A stretch of DNA of 45,113 nucleotides, taken from positions 1-45,113 of the forward strand of contig CAJVPI010000180.1 in the NCBI GenBank assembly GCA_910592345.1, written 5' to 3'. How positions within the stretch are numbered: the first letter of the stretch is position 1; each line of letters opens with the position of its first letter. The notes beneath the pieces are model-generated. The model made no database searches, had not been told where the DNA came from, and saw only the letters and a list, made by a program, of their open reading frames with translations. Source of the DNA: Paraglomus brasilianum. Lineage: Eukaryota. The position numbers and the translations under genes were made by a program. Shown piece after piece: positions 12,179 through 25,125 of the stretch.

Positions 12179-12365
12179 GTTTTAATATCATAATAATAGT
12201 AGGCAAAATTTCTTCCAAGGGCATTTATAGTTATCGGGATTGGTGACGTTTCACATGTCTAAATTTAACAGACAATGATGGGTTTTATTATTTTAAGACT
12301 TGTCCGCTCTGCGGAAGATCATCATTGATCTATTTACACTTATTCGACGTTCGCTTATACACAAA
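12179..12365. promoter_or_regulatory. Likely bidirectional promoter region (187 bp)
   Basis: Divergent ATGs at 12178 (-) and 12366 (+). Confidence 0.55.
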
Positions 12366-15300
12366 ATGGCTACTAATGGTTTATCTACAAACACACACGA
12401 ATCCGATGAGGTCACGGTGGTGGATGAAATATCTGTCCAACTTACTCCCAGAAAATATCAACTCGAGTTATTTGAAAGGGCCAAGACGGACAACATTATT
12501 GCCGTATTGGATACGGGCAGCGGGAAGACGTTTATTGCGGTATTACTTATTAAAGAAACGGTTGCGGAGGAGAGAAGACTAAGAATGACCAGGCGTGAGG
12601 TACTAATATTGGAACACGTTATTGAATATTTCTATATAAGAAAATTAACCTTCTGGTCGCTTTGTTTCTCAAATATAGACAAAACTCTCCTTTTTTTTAG
12701 TGAATCTAGTCCCCCTTGTATTTCAACAAGCGGCTGTCATAAAAGCAAATTGTGATGTAAAGGTTAAACACTTTTGCGGTGAAATGGGCGTTGATCTATG
12801 GACAGAGAAGATATGGAAGCAAAATTTCGAAGAATTTGAAGTAGCAGTGATGACTGCACAAATATTTCTGAATATTCTTCGACATGGATTTATTTCAATG
12901 TCCCAGGTATATTAGTGAAAGGATGGATTTTTGTTAGTTCCAGAAGCTTTATTAACACAACACTTGTCTGCCATCATTATTCAGGTTAACCTCATTGTTT
13001 TTGATGAATGCCATCATACGTCAAAACGCCATCCATACAACCTTATCATGATGGAATTTTACGATCGATGCCCAGCCGATCAACGACCAAAAATCTTTGG
13101 CATGACGGCATCACCTGTTAACACGCGTAAAATGATATCGGCAAGGTATTTGATTTGCTACTGTTTCTCTATCTTTGCTCCACGTGTGCTCTTTGCTTCA
13201 GCGTGATTCATTTGATTTCTAAACTTATAGTCAGTTAGAACATAGCTTATCAGCCAGAATTTTCACAGCATCTGATACAGACGAACTCCGCCAATTTGTG
13301 AACCGTCCCGAAGAAATTGCCGTTTACTACGATACCGCTCCCCGCTATGGAGATACTCAGCTCTCCGCGTCAATACAAAGAGATTGTTCGAGTTCCGAAA
13401 AACTCCAGAAGTGTCTTTGCAGCACTAAATTTTGTCTCGAAGCGCTCGGACCATGGTGTTCTGATCGCATATGGAAGCATTTTTTCGATGACTCTATAGA
13501 AAAGCAAGGCGGTAAGCTCGATCCGTCACTATACAAGATAGATCTTCTGGACGATGAGAAAAAGTTGGTTTTCCAAGCGCTCACTTACATCGATGAATAT
13601 AAACTTGAGAAGCCGATACTTGACAAACGTTTATTGTCCCCGAAAGTGTTGCGGCTTATTGAGATTTTGGAGTGTTTTGTAGAGGTATCCGAGGAGTTTT
13701 GCGGAATCGTATTCGTTGAGCGAAGGGATACAGCAGTAGCACTGAATTTCTTGATAAAAGAAATTGAATCACTCAAATTTCTTAAATCGTCCATATTGGT
13801 TGGACATGGGATGGCCGTTGATGGAGATGTACAGATGCGATTTCGGCAGCAGAACAGGGTTATAAATGCCTTCCGTTCGGGTGAGATTAATCTGCTTATC
13901 GCAACAAATGTAGCCGAAGAAGGTTTAGACATTCAGCCATGTAATGTCGTCATTCGGTAAGTCTCCAAACGTGGGTCAGGGTGATAAATGTGATTATAGA
14001 GTGAGTCTCCGACAACTATTGTTGTAAAACTTGCATTCGATTTAACACAAGCAATCTGTCTCTATTCAATCAAATAGTTTCGACTTTTTCAACACCCTTC
14101 GTGCCTATATCCAATCTCGCGGTAGGGCGAGAAAAAAGAACTCTAAATACATTGTCATGCTTGAGAACGGGAATTCCAGGGAGCAATCTATTCTTAGGGA
14201 AATTAGTGAAGCCGATCAAAAGATGCGTGAATGGTGTGCCACACTTCCTGAGGACCGCCGATTGTTTCTGGTAAACGAGGATGATTCAGACGTTGACGAT
14301 GACGACGAGGAAGGCCCAGTGGTCGAACGATATCATATTGTTCCTTCGACTGGTGCTTTACTTAGCTACGAATCGGCGGTGTCATTGGTATATTATTATT
14401 GTTCGAAACTGCCAAAAGATGCTTACTGTAACTTGGTGCCAGAGTTTGATATCGAGTCGGTGAGCGGGAGTTTTGTCTGTACGATAGCACTACCCAATAA
14501 TGCGCCAATTAGAACGGTGGCAGGCGAACCGATGAGGAGCCGAGGTTTGGCAAAAAAGTCTGCTGCCTTCAAAACTTGCATAAAGCTGTATGAGAATAAG
14601 GGACTGAATGATCATTTGCTGCCGGATGTTGAGTGGATCGAAGAGGATCATGAGATGACCAAAGATAAAGATGGCCTCACAGAAGGAGCACGCAAGACTA
14701 GACGGGAGTATAATATAAAAATCCCTGATTTTTGGGGAGCAAAAAAGGAAAAGCCTTTGGTGAGTGAGGAGACAGAAGAAGGATCAACCCCCGCCGATGA
14801 TACAGAAGAACTGGGGCCGATGCCGGATGAGTTGTATGCTACAATATTTAAACTCGATATTGAAAACGAGACATACGACGGACAGTCATATCGTGTTATG
14901 TGTATGCTTACGCGAAAAGAATTTCCTAGTGTGCCTGATATTCAGATTTTCTTCCATGGTGTTAGCAAGTTGGTAAAAGTTATTCCATACTCGAAACCTA
15001 TCAAGTTGGGTAGAGAAAAACTAGAATTGGCTTTCAACTTTACTATTCGGCTATTTACTTCGATCTTTAATAAGAAGTACGTGGCTGACTTGGACGAGTG
15101 TGTCTATTTGTTCTTACCCCTCATGAAAGATACCAAAGTCGATGAGAACTCGCTTGATCATATTGATTGGGATGGTGTTAAGACAGCTATTGGATGTAGT
15201 CAACGTCCAATAGATCTCAACGATATCGAGAGTTTAAGGGATGCCGTGATTATTGACCATTCTGAGGATAGTCGTAGATACTTTGTCGATGATATTAGAT

Positions 15301-17168
15301 ATGACCTTACACCACTGAGTCCTGTTCCCGAGAGCAGGTTTACAAGAGAACTTGGACATGAGAATTTTGCTGCATACTACAAGGCACGTTTTGATCTAGA
15401 ACTGCAAAATCCCAACCAGCCCATGCTGCAAGTACGAAAGATCTCTCGAGTTATGAACTTTTTACAACCAATACCTGGGGCAATTCCGATAGTGAAAGGA
15501 CGAACGGCTGCTTTTCTCATACCTGAATTTAGTAATGAGTACACGATCAAGGGATCCGTCTTCCGCTCCGCTATGATGATTCCAACTATTCTTGTCAGAC
15601 TCGACTCATTACTATTGGTTCAAGAACTACGCGCTCGGCTCACCTTATACGTTGACGATCTTCAAGCTCTGGAAGCTTTAACGACACCATCTGCCAATAT
15701 GGAAATGAATTATGAAAGGCTAGAAACATTAGGTGACGCATTTTTGAAATTTATAACTACAGTTCACCTCTACGTCAGCTTTCCTGAGAAACACGAGGGA
15801 CAACTTCACTGTCAGCGTATTCGCATTATATGTAATAAGAATCTTTATCGCGCTGCCAAGAGACTTCGCTTATACGGATACATCAAATCCCAACCATTCA
15901 ATCGTCGATCATGGCGTCCTATAGCAATGAGAACAGATTATGATACTCCCGAGTTGCGTGCTCTGGAAAAAGTGCAAGAGTTAGCTGACAAGCAAATAGC
16001 AGATGTGGTCGAGGCATTACTCGGAGCGTCATACCTAAGCAGCACGACTGAATTGGCGCTGAAGACAGCAATTGCGTTGGCCATTCAATTTGGCGATATA
16101 ACCGAGTGGAAACAATTTCATGAGACTAACAGAAACCCACCGAGGGTGGAGGAGGGGAAGTTGCACAACTTGGACATTGCAAAGATAGAACAAATTTGTG
16201 GTCATACGTTCAAGAACAAGATACTTATTGCCGAGGCCCTGACTCATGCGAGTTTGCCCAATTCTCAGACGTCGTGCTATCAGCGATTGGAATTCCTTGG
16301 TGATGCTATACTGGACTTCTTGACAGTAAAATATCTTTTTGAACAATACCCAGAGGGTACTCCTGGTCTTATTACTGATCTCAAAGATGCCTCGGTTAAC
16401 AATCATATATTGGGTGCTATATGTGAAATACTGGATCTTCACAAACATATTATTCACTTTTCCCCTAAACTAATGTCTGCTATTACCGAGTTTGTAGAAG
16501 CTGTTGATAAAATGAGAGAAGAGGGTACAGCCGTCGGAGAGTATTGGAGTGACATTGACGTGCCTAAAGTATTGAGCGATGTTATAGAGAGTATGTTAGG
16601 AGCAGTGCTTGTGGATGCAGAATTTGATATTGCCGCACCACAAAAGATGTTTGATAGATGCATCCAACCAGTATTAATGAAGCATGTTACGCCTGAAACA
16701 CTGAAAGTACATCCAGTGAAGGAACTCACGGAATATTTGCACAAGCAAGGATGTAGCATGGTATTATTAAGGTAAGCGGGAAGAGAGACAGTTGGCTGTT
16801 CAATGTTTATTGTTATTGATCTATAACCATACATTATCATCTAACAACAAAATTTTTTTATTCTCCCCTATATATATCAATACTTATCTCTTTCTTTTAT
16901 ACACAACCCTTACTCAATTTTCACCAGAAACCACACAACGGAGACTGGAATTGAGGCAGCATGTACAATCTTTATTCATGATACAGCAGTTGCTAATACA
17001 ACAGCCAACAACATTCGTACAGCTCGTAAGACAGCCGCTGAAGCAGTCATGAAGAAAATCAAGGATGAACCTTGGTTTTTGGAGTCAGTGTGTTCCTGTA
17101 TCGCGTTGCCCAAGGATGATAGCGTTTTGAGAGATGATGCATACGATGAAGAGACTTATGTTGATTAG
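12366..17168 (+). CDS. dcl: Dicer-like protein (DExH helicase, DUF283, PAZ, two RNase III, dsRBD)
   Basis: [36 protein letters not shown]-like [33 protein letters not shown], terminal CSC; exons 12366-12599, 12679-12906, 12985-13145, 13231-13956, 14078-16771, 16928-17168. Confidence 0.97.
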
Positions 17169-18099
17169 AAACATTGGATATGTTTGGAGGATAGTCTGTT
17201 TCATTACAATGAGAATTTTGATATTTAACACACGCATGTTGGTTTTTTTATAAGTGAGCTTTTTTAATTATTCATTTAAGCAGCCGATTATTTCGGTTTA
17301 ATTTATCTTGATCACTCCGCATTGCATATCCATGTCATAATTGTAATTAGCGCGTTATTAGCTGTGTAGTCTAGACAGTTCGTCCAGGTAATAACATAAA
17401 AATAAACTTCGATAATAGAGACTGTATGCTTGGTCACCACTCTTCTGTAATTGATGATATGTTCTTAATAGCATCGGATTTGTGACTTGAAAATAACAAA
17501 TACGCAATACGGTCTCGTTTTGCACGTGTCTACGAGAATATCGGCGGCCAGTATTTTCATCAATCTTGTTTACGAATGATGGCTTCTTCTCATATCCTTG
17601 AGTAAGTTAATGTAAAGGTTATTCTACGCGTATATCGCTGTGAAAAATAATGATACGATCTTTTGTATTAGGACAGTACAACTATTATTGATAATCAATT
17701 ATAAATTAGCTAAATTTTGTACTGGACAAACAATAATAACTGTTCGAACATACAAAACCCAACTTTTTGTTTGATAATTGCGCTCCTTAGCTCGATATTT
17801 ATTACATGCAGTTTGTCATTTCATACGATTGTCGAAATTCATCTTAAACCCGTGTGAGCAATTCGAGAGAAAAATAATTAATATTAGTATTGGCGTAATT
17901 AGTAAACAGTTATTTATTCTTCACAAGTTTATATGTATACGAGGACATACTTAATACTGTTTACATCAACCCGCGAAGGATAAACCAAAACTCATTGAGG
18001 ACAGCTTGCAAGTTGGCTACTAAAATGATTGTCGAATATAAAGACTAGACTAACGAGAATCTTAAATATTAATTATACGATACTGTTATTATTTACTCG

Positions 18100-18500
18100 G
18101 TTCTAAAAACTAATCTCCTAGCGCGGGAATGGATTGTTTGCTTGCAGCGGGTTCCATTATGTGGATTGAAAGAAGGTGGTCAAAAATCAAGAGGTGTCGC
18201 GCTAATTGTTGGAAATCAACTTATTCCAGTTTTGATCAATGTCAACGGAAGAGAGGTCACTGGATGGGTGGGAATTAAGCAATATAGCATGGTAATGATG
18301 GAAGAGTCTAACTCTTTGTCATCATTTCCATTTACTACAAAGTGGATTGTAAGTTAAATCATTCTTGCGAAGATTTTCATCAATCTCTTCAATAACTTTC
18401 TCATGACTTTTCAAAAGTGAAATAACATGGTATCAGACACAAGTGAAATAGATATAATACTTTAGTTTTTTTCATCACAGTAACATCAAGGCTCTAATTA
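18100..18500 (+). mobile_element. Possible highly decayed Ty3/Gypsy integrase remnant
   Basis: Broken fragments DQCQRKRG, FTTKW and MVSD in the order expected for CxxCQR/YFTKW/SDxG; many stops. Confidence 0.3.
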
Positions 18501-19070
18501 TTTATTTATTTTGTCATAATATGTACAAAAGGTGAATGTACCAATCATGCTTGCAATACAATGTAATTATAATACTTGGATAAGAATAATAGATATAATA
18601 TTTACGAACATCATTACAAACTTGATTATATTCTATTCTCGTGTATTTATTACATGTTGGACAGTAATCATGTTCTTCATAAATTTCTTCAAAAATAATA
18701 TCTTTATAATACTGTTTATAAAGCCTAAGAGCTAAGAAGTTGGGTTTGAAATATTTGGTTTTTTGTCGAAGATACAATTGAAATTAAAATATTTCAGTAT
18801 CTCAACGTATATGTTGACAATAAGGGAAAACCCAATTGCTTACATTTCCTGTATTATTATTCCTTAACGCAATACTTTATGGTGACTACATCGAATGCTT
18901 TATTGTAACAGTTTCCACAACGCTAATCTTTTTGCTATATGGGACTATTCCGTCATGTCTTATTCCTAATTTGATCAATAAACATTCAATTTGACCAATA
19001 GTAACTGGGTTCTATTTTCATAAATTTGTTACGTAGGCTCCATTATCATTACTCTATAGTGACTATCGAC

Positions 19071-20372
19071 ATGACTGAGAGCGTGAACATTCATACTGCT
19101 GCATTGGAAGGAAAGTTCGATGACGTTAAGAGCGTTATTGAGGTGGAACCCAAAGCTGTAGGATCAAAGGATGAGGTGTGCTAATTTTTTATGATGGACA
19201 TTGAACAAAATATGTATTTGATCTGTATTCGCTAAATGCGAATTCGAATAGGACGAACGTACTCCATTGCATTGGGCAGGTGGGCCAGATAATTGAAAGC
19301 CATTGTAATCACCACATGTTATCAGGCAATCAACATTATTTTGCAATCATCGCTTGCATTTCTTTAATTCAGTATCAGGCGGACATTTTGATATTGCCGA
19401 GTACTTAATACAACATGAGGCAAATGTCAATGATACCGACGAGGCTGGTTGGACGCCATTACATATCGCGGGTACTTCTCGTCTATTCCTTTGTTCATTA
19501 GCCATGGTCCTCCTTACCTAACTAATAAAGGAACGCAAAACTCCAATCTCCTTACCCTTCCCTTCTGCATATAGCATCCACAGGAAATTTTGAAATAGCA
19601 AAGAGGCTGATTTTATCAGGTGCCACGATAAACGTACAAAATGAATTAGGCATGACTCCACTGTGAGTAAACTTGTTGGAATATGGATTGTGTAGACCTG
19701 ATCATCTGGAATCTTGATTGACTTTATCGATTGTTTGTTAAAGGCACTATGCTGCATCGAAAAACAGGATAGAGGTAACTGCGGTCTGCTGCAGAGAGTG
19801 TGAGGGAAAGATGCATTAAACATTTGTGCTGGCATTGCGACTATTTATAGATCGGCAGAGTGTTGATAGAGAAAGGTGCAAACGTACACGCGCAAGACCG
19901 CTACAAGCAAACTCCTCTGTAAGTTTTCATGCAAAGACCTATGCAATCATCATAATGGTTGCTGTCTTATGACTCCTTTTTTCCCAGTTTAGAGTGCGGC
20001 TCTGCATATCGAGTTATATAGACTTACCCCCCAACATTTAATAGTCATCGATGCGCCGTACTCGGTTATACCGTATTTGCCCGCCTACTTTTAGAAAATG
20101 GAGCAAAGCCCAACGCAGCTGACAAGGTTCTCAACACTCCCCTGTGAGTATATTGTTATTATCGTGATTTTGTGCATTTCCGCACTCAAGCTATTCTCTC
20201 ATCGACCTCATCTTGTAGCCATCTTGCCTGCGAAGAGGGACATGGTGATACTGCCGTACTCTTGATAGAGAACGGTGGCGATCTTGAACGGAAAAATGCG
20301 GATAATAAGACGCCGTTAGAACTGTGCAGTAAGCAATTAAGAAATTTCATAAAACAGCAGACCTCGGGATAG
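19071..20372 (+). CDS. NAS6: Ankyrin-repeat proteasome assembly chaperone Nas6/gankyrin (PSMD10)
   Basis: 8 exons; DERTPLHWA, AGWTPLHIA, TPLHYAASKNRIE, QTPLHRCA, NTPLHLACEEG. Confidence 0.85.
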
Positions 20373-20705
20373 ATTAATTAAGATGTATGATATTGAGCAT
20401 TTATAGTGTCAGGTGGTACTTTAAACTGTCATAAAATACACCCTCTTGGTTACTCTTTCAGACAATCCGATGATTAAATCGGATGAATTCAATGAATTCA
20501 AATACATAATGTATATTGATACCTTCTAATGCGTGTAACTATAAACACTGTCTCAACCCCCACGTCACAGCGCTCCAAAACACATATAGTCAAAATATCT
20601 TACTGTATTTATTATTCAAACAATAACAACGCTATAACGATTCCATCTCAAATTGAGAACTATGAAAACTGGGTCTCTTGCTTAAGGTTTATTAACTGAA
20701 GATTG

Positions 20706-21602
20706 TTAGAATGAGACTGCGCCACCTGTTTATATGGATGAAAGAGGAAGAAATGAGTAATCGAGAAGATAATTTGATAGTAGAGAATGCCAATAGACAT
20801 GAACCATCTCCTGTTTAGTGGTTACTTATAATGTGCCATCTTTTCCTACCTAATTGTTCAACCATAACGTCAATTGCATCGCCATCTTCCATGTCAAGCT
20901 ATATTCAAGAAAGGAGGATTTACAATTTAATAATCTCACATTAATTCCACCCACTGTCCATCTGCATGTCCATCCACCCATCATTCGTTCATCCTTCTAA
21001 ACATGTACAATATCCTTAATATCCTTTGACATACCTCAGCAGGTGTATGATGTGCTTGTATGCGCTCTCCATCGTACAGGAAACGTACAGAGGCCATAGC
21101 CTTTCCTTGTCTCTCACAATAAGCTTCCATTAGCTTCTTCAGCTGTGTTGTGCGCTTGATTTTAAAGAAAACTTCGTTATGGTCCTATATTACGTTAAGG
21201 GTGAAAGGGAAAAGATAAGAATACATAGAATATGGGGGTGTGTATATAGGTAAACGTATAGACATGTAAAGTTATCCTGTAAGGTATGCAAACGCGAACG
21301 CGTTTTAATAGGACGATAGGCTATCACAAATCTACCAACGTCTTCATCCAACACTAAACAACGCGTCGAAATAGACCTTTCCTCCACGTTCTTCTCGGAC
21401 GCGCATGTATTTCCGAACGTCCATAGTGCATAGCATAGTATCTCTCTCTATTCTCACCAACTCTCTTCATTCTCCTTTGTTGTACTAATATCTCCCCACT
21501 TACATTCCCAACTACTTTTAAGTTAATATGCTCGGCACCCTCTTTTTTGTCGTCTGCCGCCTGAGAGGTGTTGGTGCTGTTGTTTGCTTGCTGTTCGGAC
21601 AT
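20706..21602 (-). CDS. SMT3: SUMO (Smt3) precursor
   Basis: [37 protein letters not shown]...RFLYDGERI...|[22 protein letters not shown]; 4 exons. Confidence 0.96.
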
Positions 21603-21920
21603 CTTGTTATTTCTTTGTCTTCTACGTCTAGGCTTTGAGTTTTTGTTCGCAAACTGTGAATGTTGAAACGTGAGAGTGAGGCAAGAAGAGATTGGGAGGT
21701 GGTATTGGGATTGGGATAGACTAAGCGTTTGTAATATTTAATTTTCTCGGATTGGGATGTGGTGCTCCGAGAGAAAATTGTGATTCTGTGATGTCATCAA
21801 AGAATGGGGTGGCGCAGTCGTTTGAAAAAGAGCATCGAGTCATATTTTATTAATTATTAATGTATAATAAGACATTATTACTATATACAAGTAATCTATT
21901 ACATTGGCAGCAAAAATCCG

Positions 21921-23518
21921 TCATATCCTTTTACGACGCTTAGGCACATTGTTATCCTCGAATTCATTGTCATAATAAGCTTTGCCCAACACCTTTGTGC
22001 TCTTATTTTCATTACGCGACGAGAGGGACGATTTTGCAGATGATGCATATTTTAGTCTTTGACGGATTGAGAGGACTGTAGAGGATATCGGCTAAACAAC
22101 AGAAAATGGGTGTTATATTTATGGTATTAATGGTGAGAAAACGAGAAGACAACAATATACGTACATCGATGGATAGCGAAGAGTTGGTATCTGTTTCTTC
22201 TTTATACGCAGTGCTGATGCCACTTGCTATAGATTGCGATGCTGACGTTGACGCTATTGTTGTTGGTCTTGGTGTCGTCGTTGGCGGCGCTGGCGTTGAT
22301 ACTGATGGGTAGCCTATACCTGGTATTGGTGGCTCTTGACTAAAAATTTAAGTTATGTGAGTACATGAGTCATCTATATATAGATTTATAAAACAGCATT
22401 TATTGGTTTTACCTTTGATATGAATAAGCCGAGGGGTTGTCATATTGATAGTTAGAATCGTAATTATAATTATAGTTGTAATTATAATTATAATCATAGT
22501 TGTAACCGTAGTTATAATTGTAATTATAGTTATAGTCTCCGTTGTAGTTGTAGTTATCGTTATTGTATTTAGATACATATCCGTAACTATCCTGTGCGTT
22601 CGCTTGTATATTCTGTTGCATTTGCCCAATCGACCGATCTTCTGACACAGTAGAGTTCCTGTTTTCTACGACCGTTTTCTGTCTATCTATTTCAGATCCG
22701 AGATCGCGTTGATAAATCTTGTCAACAATTCCACAGCCAACTCATTTCCTTTACAGAATACCAACCTCTGCTACTACTTTCGTAATTCTGTCCGCGAAGC
22801 TTCGAAGCAACAGTATTTCGTCGATCTTGTAACTTTTGCCTTGTATCCTCAACGCTTTCATATTCAGGCCCATAGCGGACTCGAAGAGGAGATTGGTAGA
22901 ACACTTTATCATCTAGTTGTTTCTTGGCTGCGCTGCATTTATGTTACATGTTCGGCTTTGAGATTTCATGAGACACTAAATCAATTTGGGCAGTAAATCA
23001 TACCGTGCTTCCTTAAGATCTCGGAACTTGATCCAATAGACATCTGTAAATTCTTCACTGGGATAATCATCTAAATGTCGGTATCTATTACGAAGCAGAT
23101 GGAGCATATAAACGAGAGATTAGAAGATAAAGCAATGGCGCTACGAGGATATATGACATAGACCTTACTCTTCTACCGTTCCATATAATGAGACCAGTTC
23201 GAGAAGCTTATCAGTGAGACGAAGTGCAGGCACATTCTCTATCACTAAATAGCTGCAAGAGATTGCGTAAGTGAAAAGTACAACATTATAGTAGCTATAA
23301 CGTGCTATCGCTGCGAGGCAATTCGTGTACATACCGAGATTCTTGGTTCACAGTGTATACCTTAACTGCTGTTAGTTTGCGACCAGCCCGATACTTGGGT
23401 CGATTTTCTGCTGGTGCTATAATAATATGGATCAATTTCTTAGCGCTTCTTCCAACTAATTGGATGTACGGCAGGGAAAGTGGTAAAGAGGCTTACTGTC
23501 AAAATGACGCTCATTCAT
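21921..23518 (-). CDS. RBM48: RNA-binding protein 48 (minor spliceosome factor)
   Basis: YRAGRKLTAVKVYTVNQESR|YLVIENVPA...LYGTVEE|YRHLDDYPSEEFTDVYWIKF...YGPEYESVEDTRQKL...KRRKRI*; start codon tentative. Confidence 0.9.
22455..22567 (-). repeat. Coding hexamer microsatellite, (Tyr-Asn)n tract in RBM48
   Basis: taatta/tagtta-type units encode YNYNGDYNYNYNYNYGYNYDYNYNYNYNYNYD. Confidence 0.85.
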
Positions 23519-23885
23519 CTTTCATACCAGAAATTTCTAATTTTAACATTTTTGAAATAACAAATTTGCTGATCAGATGCCACAACATAAATTTCGTAAA
23601 TTGCGCATTGATATTTCCATTTCTGGTTAACATGCATTGGGCCACAAAAAGATAGGACTTACACTGCGCTATCTACGAGACCTGCTAATACACACCCGAG
23701 CTTATCGAGTTTTTTGCAGAGAGCATTGGTGAAACCAACGAATGCAACGTGAATGCACATTTATGCATATACACATGGCTAGGCTTTGTCGATAATTCAG
23801 CAAAATGCATAACTCCCCAACGGATTATGGTTGACATATAAATTAATAGTAGATTGTTTAAGGGATGGTATCAATAGCAATAGTA

Positions 23886-24224
23886 CAGTCAACCCTCTCT
23901 ATAGTCACGCTGTCGGGAACAATGCAACTTTTGTTTATAAAGAGGTTGTGACTACATAGGCAAACTCGATAAGTCGGTCATGCATGATGGACCGACTTAT
24001 CGAGAGATTTTAAATATTAAAACTGAGAAAAGGGCTTGGGAAGTTTTGGCCTTCTTAGGCCAAAATTGAATCATCGAGAGACCGACTTATCGAGTTTGCC
24101 TGTGTATATAGAGGATTTTTCCTATAAGTTCAATATTAATATTGGTTCTCGAACATGGTGTGCTTATAAAGAGGTTTTTATATGATGTGCTTATAGAGGG
24201 GGTGACTATAAAGAGGGTTGACTG
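23886..24224. mobile_element. Tc1/mariner-pogo-type MITE (outer)
   Basis: TIR cagtcaaccctct(c/t)tatagtcac at both ends; TA at 23884-85 and 24225-26. Confidence 0.9.
23955..24104. mobile_element. Nested 150-bp MITE
   Basis: 25-bp TIR ca(t/c)aggcaaactcgataagtcggtc with 1 mismatch and TA TSD; removal restores the outer element motif gtgacTAtatagagg. Confidence 0.88.
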
Positions 24225-24599
24225 TAGTATGTAAATCCCAAATGCGGTTTCTATTTAATAGTGACGGGACTTACATACGATATATACATCGCCAGTATAA
24301 ACAGTCTTGACTGTATATGTGTCGACCGACTTGTCGAGAGAAAAAAAAAGACAAAAATGTCTGGACAAAAAAATTTAGTACAAAAAATTTACTGCCTCAG
24401 CTTGTTAATGACACAATATTAATGTTCTATTCTCACTGTGCTTTAAAAAATTCTTTTGTCTTTAAGTAGTTATTTTGCCTTTTTTTTTTCGCTTAAAACT
24501 TACTATGTTAATAAGTAATCATGAGTAAAAAAGAATGTTTTAATTGTCACAATACAAAAGAAGGTTTAACCATTAATCGAATTTCTGTGAATGCAAGAT

Positions 24600-25125
24600 T
24601 GTGCCAAAAGACAACCACGTTCAGGTTCTCCATTGTCGGCCATTGAGGGTTCCACATTGTTTCTCGTGGAAGGTTCTCTCTTCAGTTGGCCACATGCAAT
24701 TCTCCTTTTTGGTGGCACCGTCTCCGCAAGTAAAATGAGCAATCCAGATATCCCAAATATAAAGACTCTTCCCGTTTTGAGCTGAACAAATCTTGAGGCT
24801 TTCAGCATATTCCAGAGCATGGTTGTAATGTCTTCTTAGGTCTGTCTCCATTGACATCGCTAGTAGTTCAAGAACAGCCGTTGGCCCAGGTTCACCGGAT
24901 TGTGTATTAGGAGCCGTTAAAATTATGTCACAATATCTTGAATTGCCATGTGGTTCCTTGTATGATATTGGCCAATGATGTCATAAGAGAATGTATAGAG
25001 CCAATTTTGAAGAATACTGACTAGCTGTTGTTGATATACGGATTGATTCTTTCGACACATTGTTGACTTTATTAGGCACTGTCTTGAAAAGGTCTCCAGT
25101 TATGGACTCAATCCAGCATTCTTGA
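24600..25125 (-). pseudogene. Crinkler-associated restriction-endonuclease-like domain remnant
   Basis: DIIGQYH, RYCDIILTAP...TAVLELLAMS...HALEYAESL...IWIAHFTC in broken frames. Confidence 0.55.

Noticed and set aside
16035..16840. Minus-strand ORFs within Dicer (also 13357-13932)
   Set aside because: Antisense shadows without independent motifs
18514..18777. Tyr-rich minus ORF with CPTC
   Set aside because: Non-ATG start, AT-rich and no recognisable domain; probably repeat debris
21185..21205. U12-like branch CCTTAAC in SUMO intron 1 (also near 36745 in ATG4)
   Set aside because: The donors are GTAAGT/GTAAGG, i.e. U2-type
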